Below, piece by piece: positions 1-8,409 of a DNA stretch of 15,050 nt. Position numbers and translations under genes: made by a program. How positions within the stretch are numbered: the first letter of the stretch is position 1; every line of letters begins with the position of its first letter. The stretch lies in IMG/VR virus record IMGVR_UViG_2713896729_000010, positions 1 to 15,050 of that record; one strand, 5' to 3'. Source of the DNA: a virus (Duplodnaviria; Heunggongvirae; Uroviricota; Caudoviricetes). Under the pieces are notes generated by a model that had not been told where the DNA came from, did no database searches, and saw only the letters and a program-made list of their open reading frames with translations.

Positions 1-482
1 TTTTTATTTCTCTTTCAGGTGAATAGATCGTTTTTACTATTTTACCCCGCACGAATCATCGTTAAAATCAGATTATAGTGTAGGAATAACTCGTTTTTTA
101 CGAGCAATTAAAGGATTTGCGCCATCAGCGGTGAGATGAGTTTTTGACGGCTGTAAGCGCTAACGGGTGACCCTAAGCCCTGATAATCATAGCTTAAGGT
201 GAGGATTTCTGAGGGATTAATTAGGAAAAGTAATAATTAATTTCTTGTCAGTCGGCGTTATTTGTTAGGACAATATTTCAAAAATAATCCAGCTTGTCGT
301 CAATAATTGCGATAAAGAGATAAATTAAAGTTAAATAATTAAATCATTAAAAAATTACGCCACAAAAATGCGAGGCGTCTTCAGGATTAGAATCGATAAA
401 ACAGAATGGGTTAAAGAGAGCGATATAATAGCGGCGGGTGCTTGAGGCTATCTGTCTCAGGCATTAGCTGAACGGCAGATAG

Positions 483-537
483 AGAAAAGCCCCGAGTGAT
501 ATTTTACTATCAACCCGAGGCCCCCTATATGCTGAAC
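483..537 (-). ncRNA. sokC: Sok-type antisense RNA (approximate placement), antitoxin of the hok/sok type I toxin-antitoxin locus
   Basis: Placed only by analogy with the known hok/sok organisation, where the antisense RNA overlaps the mok start (here 529). No promoter or terminator was verified in the sequence, and the coordinates rest on remembered E. coli K-12 positions. Confidence 0.3.
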
Positions 538-738
538 ACATGTAGAGTGCCTCTTACTGACCGTAAGGTCAAGGAGAAGAGAGCAATGAAGCAGCATAAG
601 GCGATGATTGTCGCCCTGATCGTCATCTGTATCACCGCCGTAGTGGCGGTGCTGGTAACGAGAAAAGACCTCTGTGAGGTTCACATCCGAACTGGCCAGA
701 CGGAGGTTGCTGTTTTCACGGCTTACGAATCCGAGTAA
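529..738 (+). CDS. mokC: MokC, overlapping in-frame leader ORF that regulates hokC translation
   Basis: ATG at 529 in frame with hokC and sharing its stop; translation MLNTCRVPLTDRKVKEKRAMKQHK... The track ORF 496..738 is the same frame from an upstream GTG. Confidence 0.65.
   Translation: MLNTCRVPLTDRKVKEKRAMKQHKAMIVALIVICITAVVAVLVTRKDLCEVHIRTGQTEVAVFTAYESE
586..738 (+). CDS. hokC: Hok/Gef family small membrane toxin (50 aa)
   Basis: Translation MKQHKAMIVALIVICITAVVAVLVTRKDLCEVHIRTGQTEVAVFTAYESE matches the Hok/Gef family as I recall it: single transmembrane helix followed by the conserved RKDLCEV..RTG..EVAVF..YE motif. Confidence 0.9.
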   Translation: MKQHKAMIVALIVICITAVVAVLVTRKDLCEVHIRTGQTEVAVFTAYESE

Positions 739-818
739 GAGCAACGGCGGGGAGTGATCCCATAAGCGCTAACTTAAGGGTTGTGGTATTACGCCTGATA
801 TGATTTAACGTGCCGATG

Positions 819-828
819 NNNNNNNNNN
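819..828. other. N10 run, assembly gap or contig join
   Basis: Ten consecutive N. Flanking sequences (hok locus versus phage gpW) are not collinear in any genome I know. Confidence 0.9.
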
Positions 829-1839
<1,011 letters not shown>

Positions 1840-1915
1840 AACCCTTGCTGCGTCTGGAATGTCGTTTTCCATGCTTTTGATGACCGTTCATCACCCTTCC
1901 AGTTTTTCGCGGTTT

Positions 1916-1970
1916 TGTGTATTGCAATGTGTATTGCAAATTGGCGATCGGGATGGGTGTGTATTGCAAA
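1916..1970 (+). repeat. Three direct copies of GTGTATTGCAA, candidate integrase arm-type binding sites
   Basis: tgtgtattgcaa (1916-1927), tgtgtattgcaaa (1928-1940), gtgtgtattgcaaa (1957-1970), between the core and the int start. The same motif recurs near attR. Confidence 0.6.
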
Positions 1971-1987
1971 TCTCTTGAGGGCTTTTA

Positions 1988-3229
1988 ATGGCTATTGAAA
2001 ACAAACTCAGTGACAAACTGTTAAAGAGTCTTGTCGGAAAACGGCAGGACAAACAAAAAACAATAGCGGATGGGCGCGGGTTGTCTGTGCGTGTAAGCAT
2101 GGTTGGGGGGATCAGCTTTGTTTTTTACTATCGTCTTGGTGGCAGGGAATCCCCTCCGGTATGGCTTACACTTGGTCGCTATCCTGACATGTCTCTTGCA
2201 ACGGCCAGGCGCATGCGTGATCAGTGCCGTGAATGGCTGGCTGAAAATCTGGACCCCCGCAGGCAAATAAAACTTGCTGCCGAAAAAACTATGCAACCAG
2301 TGACCGTAAGGGATGCGCTGTTTTACTGGTACGACAATCACGCCACAACAGCCAGAAAAGAGCATGAATATTTAATAAAACGATTTGAAAAGCATATCTT
2401 CCCCTATATCGGTGATATGGCTATAGAACAGTGCAAATTACACACATGGCTTACCGTCTTTGACAGGATCAAAAAAAATGCGCCTGTTATGTCTGGTGCA
2501 ATTTTTCTTGATATCAAACAGGCGTTGCGTTTTTGTCGCGTCAGGCAATACATCGCGTGCGATCCCTTTGGAGATATTAACGTAAGTTATGTCGGGCGCT
2601 CATCCGGTATAAGGGATCGCGTTCTTAATATCAATGAAACCGCTGATGTATGGTCTTATGCTTACGGTAATAATTTGCTAACTCTGTCATCAATATATAA
2701 CCGAAGAATAATGGTTATCTGCCTGGTGTTTGGTTGCCGACAGCAGGAGGCGAGGCTATCCACCTGGGACGAATGGGATTTAAAAAACTGGGTATGGACA
2801 GTCCCAAAAGAGCACAGCAAAAACAAGGAGGCTATAGTAAGGCCTGTTCCTGACGGAATAAAACAATGGATCGTTAATCTTTACGCAGAAACAAAAAATC
2901 GCGGTTATGTTGTCGGTTGTGCTTTGCAAAGGGCGACAATAACAGGGGCTGCAAACAGAATATGCAGGCGTCTTGGTCATGATACTAATGGCTTGTGGTG
3001 CATACATGATTTCAGGCGCACATTTTCCACTACGCTTAATGATATGGGGGCGGATCCTTATATTGTCGAACTTCTTTTAGGTCATAAAGTGAAAGGGGTT
3101 GCTGGTGTTTACAATAAAAGCAGGCATATAAAGAAAAAACTTGAGGTGCTTAATATGTGGGTTAATTACCTTAATACGATAGCAGGATTTAACAACAACG
3201 TTATCGAGCTTAATAAAGAGGTGGTGTGA
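1988..3229 (+). CDS. int: Tyrosine site-specific integrase, P4-like family
   Basis: 413 aa. N-terminal arm-binding-like region (GRGLSVRVSMVGGISFVFYYRLGG...YPDMSLATARRMRDQ). C-terminal catalytic motifs CRQQEA (R), HDFRRTF (HxxR) and GVYNKS (Y nucleophile). SD gaggg 6-7 nt upstream of the ATG. Confidence 0.95.
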   Translation: MAIENKLSDKLLKSLVGKRQDKQKTIADGRGLSVRVSMVGGISFVFYYRLGGRESPPVWLTLGRYPDMSLATARRMRDQCREWLAENLDPRRQIKLAAEKTMQPVTVRDALFYWYDNHATTARKEHEYLIKRFEKHIFPYIGDMAIEQCKLHTWLTVFDRIKKNAPVMSGAIFLDIKQALRFCRVRQYIACDPFGDINVSYVGRSSGIRDRVLNINETADVWSYAYGNNLLTLSSIYNRRIMVICLVFGCRQQEARLSTWDEWDLKNWVWTVPKEHSKNKEAIVRPVPDGIKQWIVNLYAETKNRGYVVGCALQRATITGAANRICRRLGHDTNGLWCIHDFRRTFSTTLNDMGADPYIVELLLGHKVKGVAGVYNKSRHIKKKLEVLNMWVNYLNTIAGFNNNVIELNKEVV

Positions 3230-3230
3230 T

Positions 3231-3488
3231 ATGGCAATTTATTCTCTTGTTGATGAAAACGATTTGCGCACAATGAAGGACATTGATCGGTTCATTCGTG
3301 AAAAAGAGTGCATAGCACTTACCACGCTGGCAAACTCAACACGCTGGAAAATGGAGCAGGCAGGTAAATTCCCGCGACGTATCAAGATCGGTGAACGTGC
3401 TGCAGGGTATCGACTTTCAGAGGTTCAGGCATGGATCCGTGGTGAGTGGCATCCTGGATGGAAACCTGGAAAAACAAAACAGCAATAA
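3231..3488 (+). CDS. alpA: AlpA-family HTH regulator / excisionase-like protein
   Basis: 85 aa. Translation ...IALTTLANSTRWKMEQAGKFPRRIKIGERAAGYRLSEVQAWIRGEW resembles the AlpA/Vis helix-turn-helix. Start is 1 nt after the int stop, so likely translationally coupled. Confidence 0.85.
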   Translation: MAIYSLVDENDLRTMKDIDRFIREKECIALTTLANSTRWKMEQAGKFPRRIKIGERAAGYRLSEVQAWIRGEWHPGWKPGKTKQQ

Positions 3489-3501
3489 CCAGTAAATAAT
3501 G

Positions 3502-3524
3502 CCCCTCATCACGAGGGGTTTTTT
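3502..3524 (+). terminator. Rho-independent terminator after alpA
   Basis: CCCCTC-ATCAC-GAGGGG stem-loop followed by TTTTTT. Confidence 0.75.
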
Positions 3525-3544
3525 GTCTATAAGGTAAAAACGCG

Positions 3545-4123
3545 ATGAATAAAAATATTGCCGTGACGGGCAAGGGGTACGCTCGTCCAGTGAAAAAATT
3601 CTGCGATATTCGTGATCTCGTCGTTCTGCGCTTTGATAGTGTGAACGTTCGTGTGGTGTATCTGAACGGCGATCCGTGGTTTGTTGCAAAAGATGTTTGT
3701 GCTGCGCTGGAACTAACCAATTCGCGTACGGCGTTGCAGATGCTTGATGATGATGAAAAGGGAGTAAATTTAACTTACACCCCAGGAGGAAATCAGAATA
3801 TGAGAATTATCTCTGAGTCAGGTTTCTACAAACTAATAGCCCGCAGCCGCAAAGCAACGACGCCTGGCACATTTGCTCATCGTTTCAGTAACTGGGTATT
3901 CAGAAATGTGATACCAGGTATCAGAAAAACGGGGACTTATGGTATCCCGTGGGGTGCATTACAGGATTTTTCCCGCCGTAAAGAGCAATATCAAATAAGT
4001 GCCAGCGAGAAGGGGAGGGAGCTACAGGCATGTAAGCGCAAAAAGCGTGAGCTGGAGGAAGAAGAAAAAACGCTGATACGTGAATATCAGCCTGAGTTTT
4101 ACTTTGGTAACCGCATTCAGTGA
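3545..4123 (+). CDS. Bro-N domain protein (antirepressor-like), with a charged coiled-coil-like C-terminus
   Basis: 192 aa. N-terminal region VRVVYLNGDPWFVAKDVCAALELTNSRTALQMLDDDEKGV...RIISESGFYKLIARSRK fits the Bro-N fold as I recall it. C-terminus is K/E-rich (KRKKRELEEEEKTL). Confidence 0.75.
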   Translation: MNKNIAVTGKGYARPVKKFCDIRDLVVLRFDSVNVRVVYLNGDPWFVAKDVCAALELTNSRTALQMLDDDEKGVNLTYTPGGNQNMRIISESGFYKLIARSRKATTPGTFAHRFSNWVFRNVIPGIRKTGTYGIPWGALQDFSRRKEQYQISASEKGRELQACKRKKRELEEEEKTLIREYQPEFYFGNRIQ

Positions 4124-4132
4124 CAAAACAAA

Positions 4133-4153
4133 GGCGACCGCAAAAGGGTCGCC
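4133..4153 (-). terminator. Rho-independent terminator for the leftward regulator operon
   Basis: GGCGACC-gcaaaag-GGTCGCC hairpin. The T-run (tttgttttgtca) lies on the minus-strand 3' side, so it terminates leftward transcription; there is no T-run on the plus side. Confidence 0.65.
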
Positions 4154-4219
4154 AGTGGGAACAAGGGAAAACAAAAGCATCACCAACAATGCCACATTTG
4201 CGGCTGGTGGGCAATGTGA

Positions 4220-4399
4220 TCAGTCAGATTTGGTTCGTTCCAAGGTTTGCAACGAGAGCTTTTTCCTGTGCTCTTTAAGGAATTTCTCAAGAGCAAACGA
4301 ACAAGGTGCGAATCTTTCTGATTCATGTTCATGCGCTATATTTTTGCGTCGTCTCTTACGAGTTGGTGATGGTGTTTTGGTTGATTCTGTGTCGCTCAT
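4220..4399 (-). CDS. Small basic hypothetical protein (59 aa), second gene of the leftward operon
   Basis: Not in the supplied track (below its size cut-off). Hand translation MSDTESTKTPSPTRKRRRKNIAHEHESERFAPCSFALEKFLKEHRKKLSLQTLERTKSD. SD AGGA 7 nt upstream of the ATG. Lies between the 101-aa gene and the minus-strand terminator. Confidence 0.4.
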   Translation of the reverse strand: MSDTESTKTPSPTRKRRRKNIAHEHESERFAPCSFALEKFLKEHRKKLSLQTLERTKSD

Positions 4400-4456
4400 G
4401 GTGCTGTCCTGTAAAGCAATGCGCCTGCGTTCCTCAAACTATGGCGCTGATATTGG

Positions 4457-4762
4457 CTATTCATGCTCTTTGACCTTGCGTCGCTGGAGTTCTTCACGCG
4501 CGACGGTGACGAGTTGCCCGATCTCCTCGGCTGCTTTGATGCCGATTTGTTCGACCTTAGCCAGGGCATCCAGTGACGACACAAGGGGATTTTCTCCGCT
4601 GCCTTCTGCTTGGCGGCGGGCTATTTCTCCGCGCATGGCGGTTACGATAAATCCGGCATTGCTTTCACCGTCCAGCTTAACGGATTCCATCCCTTGCATA
4701 ACATCTAGTGGGACTCTGACAGTTGTCAGTTGTGATTTTGCGTTTTTGTTAGCCGTTGCCAT
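4457..4762 (-). CDS. Hypothetical protein (101 aa), candidate island repressor/regulator by position
   Basis: Strong SD AGGAG 8 nt upstream of the ATG. Divergent from the rightward early operon across a palindromic operator. No family recognised from sequence. Confidence 0.7.
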   Translation of the reverse strand: MATANKNAKSQLTTVRVPLDVMQGMESVKLDGESNAGFIVTAMRGEIARRQAEGSGENPLVSSLDALAKVEQIGIKAAEEIGQLVTVAREELQRRKVKEHE

Positions 4763-4823
4763 TTCTGAAACTCCTAATCATCGGTGTGTTTCAGTATACA
4801 CAAAAAAAGAAATACAAAAAGCC

Positions 4824-4861
4824 TTGACGTGTGTTTCATGCGCTCATAACATGAAACACAC
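4824..4861 (+). promoter_or_regulatory. Candidate sigma-70 promoter of the rightward early operon overlapped by a perfect 12-bp inverted-repeat operator
   Basis: -35 TTGACG (4824-4829), 17-bp spacer, -10 TAACAT (4847-4852). Inverted repeat GTGTGTTTCATG (4829-4840) / CATGAAACACAC (4850-4861) with 9-bp spacer. Extra half-site GTGTGTTTCAG at 4784-4794. Confidence 0.55.
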
Positions 4862-4952
4862 CGAAAGGATTGTTGAAATACAAAGAGCAACGCCCCGCAG
4901 TGCTGGGAACACATACGGGGCGTCTAACCAACAACGTAAACTAGGAGCCGTT

Positions 4953-5150
4953 ATGGTTGCTGTAAATCATATACCACACCTTGTACACACACAAACGGCC
5001 TTTGTGTGGCGTTTTCTGGCACTGAGTGCCGGAGAATCTCAAATCATCCACGTAACCGCCTGGACGGAACGCGAAGCGCGTAGCCGTTGCCCGTCCGGTT
5101 GTGTTGCTGTATTCGCTGCAAAAATCCGCCAGGGAGTGAGTCATGCTTAA
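4953..5150 (+). CDS. Hypothetical small protein (65 aa), first gene of the rightward early operon
   Basis: SD AGGAG (4944-4948) 4 nt before the ATG. Translation MVAVNHIPHLVHTQTAFVWRFLALSAGESQIIHVTAWTEREARSRCPSGCVAVFAAKIRQGVSHA. This is the C-terminal part of the track's 4080..5150 ORF, which I reject as a whole. Confidence 0.55.
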   Translation: MVAVNHIPHLVHTQTAFVWRFLALSAGESQIIHVTAWTEREARSRCPSGCVAVFAAKIRQGVSHA

Positions 5151-5328
5151 AACCTTCCGTGTATTTGCCCGAGCTGTTAACCCAATAGGCCACACAATTG
5201 GTATCGCTCAGAATGTGAAGGCTGTTAATGTTCAGACGGCTATTGCTGCGGTGAGAAGCGAATCATCAGAATATGGCTTATCACAAGTCATTATTTCAGC
5301 AGTGTATGAATTAAAAGAGGTGCATTAA
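5143..5328 (+). CDS. Hypothetical small protein (61 aa)
   Basis: Start overlaps the upstream stop (ATGCTTAA); SD gggag upstream. Confidence 0.5.
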   Translation: MLKTFRVFARAVNPIGHTIGIAQNVKAVNVQTAIAAVRSESSEYGLSQVIISAVYELKEVH

Positions 5329-5519
5329 TGCAGGAAATTACATTACACGAAGCCGCTGAACGTGCGCACCAGACAGAAATTATTTGCCGCCTTCTTGAGG
5401 TATACCCGAACAAAATTACAGATGCTGATATATCCGCACTGGCGAGCCTACTGGCGCGTCTTTCGGGAAGTGTCGCTAGTTTTTTGATTGAGGAAGAAAG
5501 TAAGCTGGTGGGGGATTAA
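5328..5519 (+). CDS. Hypothetical small acidic protein (63 aa)
   Basis: TAATG stop/start overlap with the upstream gene; SD aagagg upstream. Confidence 0.55.
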   Translation: MQEITLHEAAERAHQTEIICRLLEVYPNKITDADISALASLLARLSGSVASFLIEEESKLVGD

Positions 5520-5741
5520 ATGAATACAGAACGGGAAGTCTTTTTTAAATTGTTAGCATGTGCAGAAAGTTCATTAACTTTAAATAATTCAGCAAAAGCA
5601 ATATTAAATATGTGGCTTGATTGCATAAATGACAATGAAGATGCAAATATTGCTTATGGCCTGTTGTCACTTATTGATGAATCAGCAGAAAAACTCAATG
5701 ACGCAATAAATAGTGCCCTGCTATCAAATAAGTCGAGTTAA
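5520..5741 (+). CDS. Hypothetical small acidic protein (73 aa) in an AT-rich segment
   Basis: TAAATG overlap with the upstream gene. Local base composition is visibly AT-richer than its neighbours, suggesting a recently acquired cargo gene. Confidence 0.5.
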   Translation: MNTEREVFFKLLACAESSLTLNNSAKAILNMWLDCINDNEDANIAYGLLSLIDESAEKLNDAINSALLSNKSS

Positions 5742-5758
5742 GTCGAGGAATAAATAAT

Positions 5759-6058
5759 ATGGAAATGAAAAATTCTGGCTTTATTGCCAGCGGCCCCGCT
5801 CGACCTGAATTTATGAACGGCGATATTTACCGCGATAAATACGGCGGCACGGTAACGATTAAAGGCGTGGCAGAACGGCGCATCACTTACCGCCGTGAGG
5901 GGTATAGCTATGACTGCGTGATGCCTGTTTATCAGTTCCGGCGTGATTTTCCCCTGGTATATGCCGCACCCCGCAGTAAGCCCATCAGCAGGGAAAAAGC
6001 GTGGGGAAATATCCAGAAAATGAAAACCATGATTAACGGATTCAGAGGTAAAAAATGA
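5759..6058 (+). CDS. Hypothetical protein (99 aa), translationally coupled to the helicase gene
   Basis: SD gagga upstream. Stop overlaps the helicase start (ATGA at 6055-6058). Confidence 0.6.
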   Translation: MEMKNSGFIASGPARPEFMNGDIYRDKYGGTVTIKGVAERRITYRREGYSYDCVMPVYQFRRDFPLVYAAPRSKPISREKAWGNIQKMKTMINGFRGKK

Positions 6059-7809
6059 AACTGGCACCGAACGTAAAACAGCAGTCACGCGGCATAAAAC
6101 ACAAAGGAACAGAAGTCATTATTTTTGCGGGTAGTGATGCCTGGGCACACGCGAAACAATGGCAGGAACATGATGCGCGTATGGCCGGAGATAATGAGCC
6201 TCCTGTGTGGCTTGGGGAGCAGCAGCTATCCGAACTGGATAATCTGCAAATTGTGCCGGAAGGCCGAAAATCAGCACGCATATACAGGGCCGGATATCTT
6301 GCGCCTGTAATGATAAAGGCGATTGGTCAGAAGCTGGCGGCAGCAGGCGTACAGGATGCAAATTTTTATCCTGAGGGTATGCACGGCCAGGAGGTGCAGA
6401 ACTGGCGCGAATATCTGGCCCGTGAACGCCAGAATCTTTCTGATGGTCTGGTCATTGAGCTTCCGGTAAAGCAAAAGGCGCAACTTTCGCAGATGGCGGA
6501 CAGTGAGCGCGCGCAGTTGCTTGCCGATCGCTTTGATGGCGTTTGCGTACATCCTGAAAGTGAAATCGTTCACGTATGGCGCGGCGGGGTATGGTGTCCG
6601 GTCAGCACAATGGAACTTAGCCGCGAAATGGTGGCGATCTATTCAGAGCACAGGGCCACTTTCAGCAAGCGCGTAATCAATAACGCCGTGGAAGCGTTAA
6701 AAGTTATTGCCGAACCAATGGGCGAGCCGTCTGGCGATTTGCTGCCGTTCGCCAATGGTGCGCTTGACCTGAAAACGGGGGAATTTTCCCCGCACACGCC
6801 GGAGAACTGGATCACCACGCACAACGGCATTGAGTACACGCCACCAGCACCAGGGGAGAACATCCGCGATAACGCGCCAAACTTTCATAAATGGCTTGAG
6901 CACGCAGCCGGAAAAGACCCGCGCAAGATGATGCGTATATGTGCCGCGCTGTACATGATTATGGCGAACCGGTACGACTGGCAGATGTTTATTGAGGCCA
7001 CCGGAGACGGCGGGAGCGGTAAAAGTACATTCACACACATAGCCAGCCTTCTGGCAGGGAAACAGAACACGGTAAGCGCTGAAATGACATCGCTTGATGA
7101 TGCTGGTGGACGTGCGCAGGTTGTCGGGAGTCGTCTTATCGTCCTGGCTGACCAGCCGAAATATACAGGCGAAGGAACGGGCATCAAGAAAATCACAGGC
7201 GGCGACCCCGTGGAAATTAACCCGAAATATGAAAAGCGTTTCACGGCGGTAATCAGGGCGGTGGTGCTGGCGACCAACAACAACCCGATGATATTCACCG
7301 AACGGGCCGGAGGTGTGGCACGTCGTCGCGTGATTTTCCGTTTCGACAATATCGTCAGTGAGGCCGAAAAAGACAGGGAGCTACCGGAAAAGATTGCGGC
7401 TGAAATCCCCGTTATTATCCGCCGATTGCTGGCGAACTTTACCGACCCTGAGAAGGCACGGGCTTTACTACTGGAACAGCGTGACGGTGATGAAGCACTG
7501 GCAATAAAGCAACAGACGGATCCGGTTATTGAGTTTTGCCAGTTCCTGAATTTTCTGGAGGAAGCGCGCGGCCTGATGATGGGTGGCGGTGGTGATTCAG
7601 TGAAGTACACGACCAGGAACAGCCTTTACCGCGTCTATCTGGCGTTTATGGCATACGCGGGCAGGAGCAAACCGCTAAACGTGGCTGAGTTCAGCAAGGC
7701 CATGAAGCCAGCGGCGAAAGTTTACGGGCATGAATATATTACGCGAAAAGTTAAGGGAGTAACGCAGACCAACGCAATTACAACAGACGATTGCGACGCG
7801 TTTTTATAA
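6055..7809 (+). CDS. Replication initiator / SF3 helicase (D5_N-like domain plus NTPase, resembling the P4 alpha C-terminal half); no clear primase motif seen in the N-terminus
   Basis: 584 aa. Walker A GDGGSGKST and Walker B-like LIVLADQ. The conserved region before the NTPase resembles the D5_N / P4-family C-terminal domain. Iteron origin immediately downstream. Confidence 0.88.
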   Translation: MKLAPNVKQQSRGIKHKGTEVIIFAGSDAWAHAKQWQEHDARMAGDNEPPVWLGEQQLSELDNLQIVPEGRKSARIYRAGYLAPVMIKAIGQKLAAAGVQDANFYPEGMHGQEVQNWREYLARERQNLSDGLVIELPVKQKAQLSQMADSERAQLLADRFDGVCVHPESEIVHVWRGGVWCPVSTMELSREMVAIYSEHRATFSKRVINNAVEALKVIAEPMGEPSGDLLPFANGALDLKTGEFSPHTPENWITTHNGIEYTPPAPGENIRDNAPNFHKWLEHAAGKDPRKMMRICAALYMIMANRYDWQMFIEATGDGGSGKSTFTHIASLLAGKQNTVSAEMTSLDDAGGRAQVVGSRLIVLADQPKYTGEGTGIKKITGGDPVEINPKYEKRFTAVIRAVVLATNNNPMIFTERAGGVARRRVIFRFDNIVSEAEKDRELPEKIAAEIPVIIRRLLANFTDPEKARALLLEQRDGDEALAIKQQTDPVIEFCQFLNFLEEARGLMMGGGGDSVKYTTRNSLYRVYLAFMAYAGRSKPLNVAEFSKAMKPAAKVYGHEYITRKVKGVTQTNAITTDDCDAFL

Positions 7810-7824
7810 TTTTTTGTAAAAGCC

Positions 7825-8042
7825 ATCTACCCCATCTACCTGAACAAAATAAACGCATATTATTCAACATGATAAGTGGGTATAGGGCTAGGTAGAAGGC
7901 TAATAAAAGCTCTCTACCTCTTCTACCTGATTTTATCAGTTTCAGGTAGCAGGGTAGACGGCAGGTAGAGGAGTCAAAAAGCTATCTACCCGCTGAAAGC
8001 CGCGCCATTACTGACATGATGAGCATTCGGGTAGATGGGTAG
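7825..8042. repeat. Iteron-type replication origin: at least 11 copies of GGTAG / CTACC arranged as inverted clusters
   Basis: ccatctaccccatctacc (7823-7840); ggtag at 7891, 7945, 7953, 7964, 8030, 8038; ctacc at 7914, 7923, 7986. Terminal clusters are mutual reverse complements (catctacc / ggtagatg). Lies directly after the initiator gene. Confidence 0.8.
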
Positions 8043-8157
8043 AGGGGGGGAGGCACAACTAAAAACTTTTTAAACGAGGGGGGGGTGAAAATAAATGCGC
8101 ATACATAAAAATCACTTAATAAACATGCCAGCCGAAAACATGAATCAGGGGCGACAA

Positions 8158-8409
8158 ATGACCAAAATTCGCAGAGACAGAACACAGGCAAAATATAAAG
8201 CGTTAGACATGACAGAGCTTTCCTTAAAGGTGGCAATCAAAGCGATAGACCACCACACACGGGCAGGATACGCGAAGGAACATCCCGACCTGATAAGCGC
8301 ATTCATGACCACAGCAGCGGCAAACTTTGCCACGCTGACAGAACGGGAGATTGCCGAAGCGGAACAGGTGACAACCATCAATGTTAAAACCGGAGAGCAG
8401 ACAGCATGA
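8158..8409 (+). CDS. Hypothetical protein (84 aa; start uncertain, alternative starts at 8139 or 8095)
   Basis: SD agggg 6 nt before ATG 8158. Stop overlaps the SSB-like gene start (ATGA at 8406). Confidence 0.55.
   Translation: MTKIRRDRTQAKYKALDMTELSLKVAIKAIDHHTRAGYAKEHPDLISAFMTTAAANFATLTEREIAEAEQVTTINVKTGEQTA

Noticed and set aside
1-495. Possible coding sequence or transposon end in the AT-rich left margin
   Set aside because: No ORF with a credible start and no terminal inverted repeats; it fits the non-coding leader of the hok/sok locus.
4080-5150. 356-aa plus-strand ORF in the supplied track
   Set aside because: It runs through the end of the Bro-N gene, across a terminator hairpin, antisense through two minus-strand genes that have strong ribosome-binding sites, and across the operator/promoter region. 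Its product is Ser/Cys/Leu-rich low-complexity. Only its last 65 codons (4953..5150), which have their own AGGAG and ATG, were kept.
6885-7610. 241-aa minus-strand ORF inside the helicase gene, plus other antisense ORFs inside int, portal and capsid genes (e.g. 952..1392, 2021..2365, 9375..9560)
   Set aside because: Fully embedded antisense to genes with clear homology and motifs; no independent start context.
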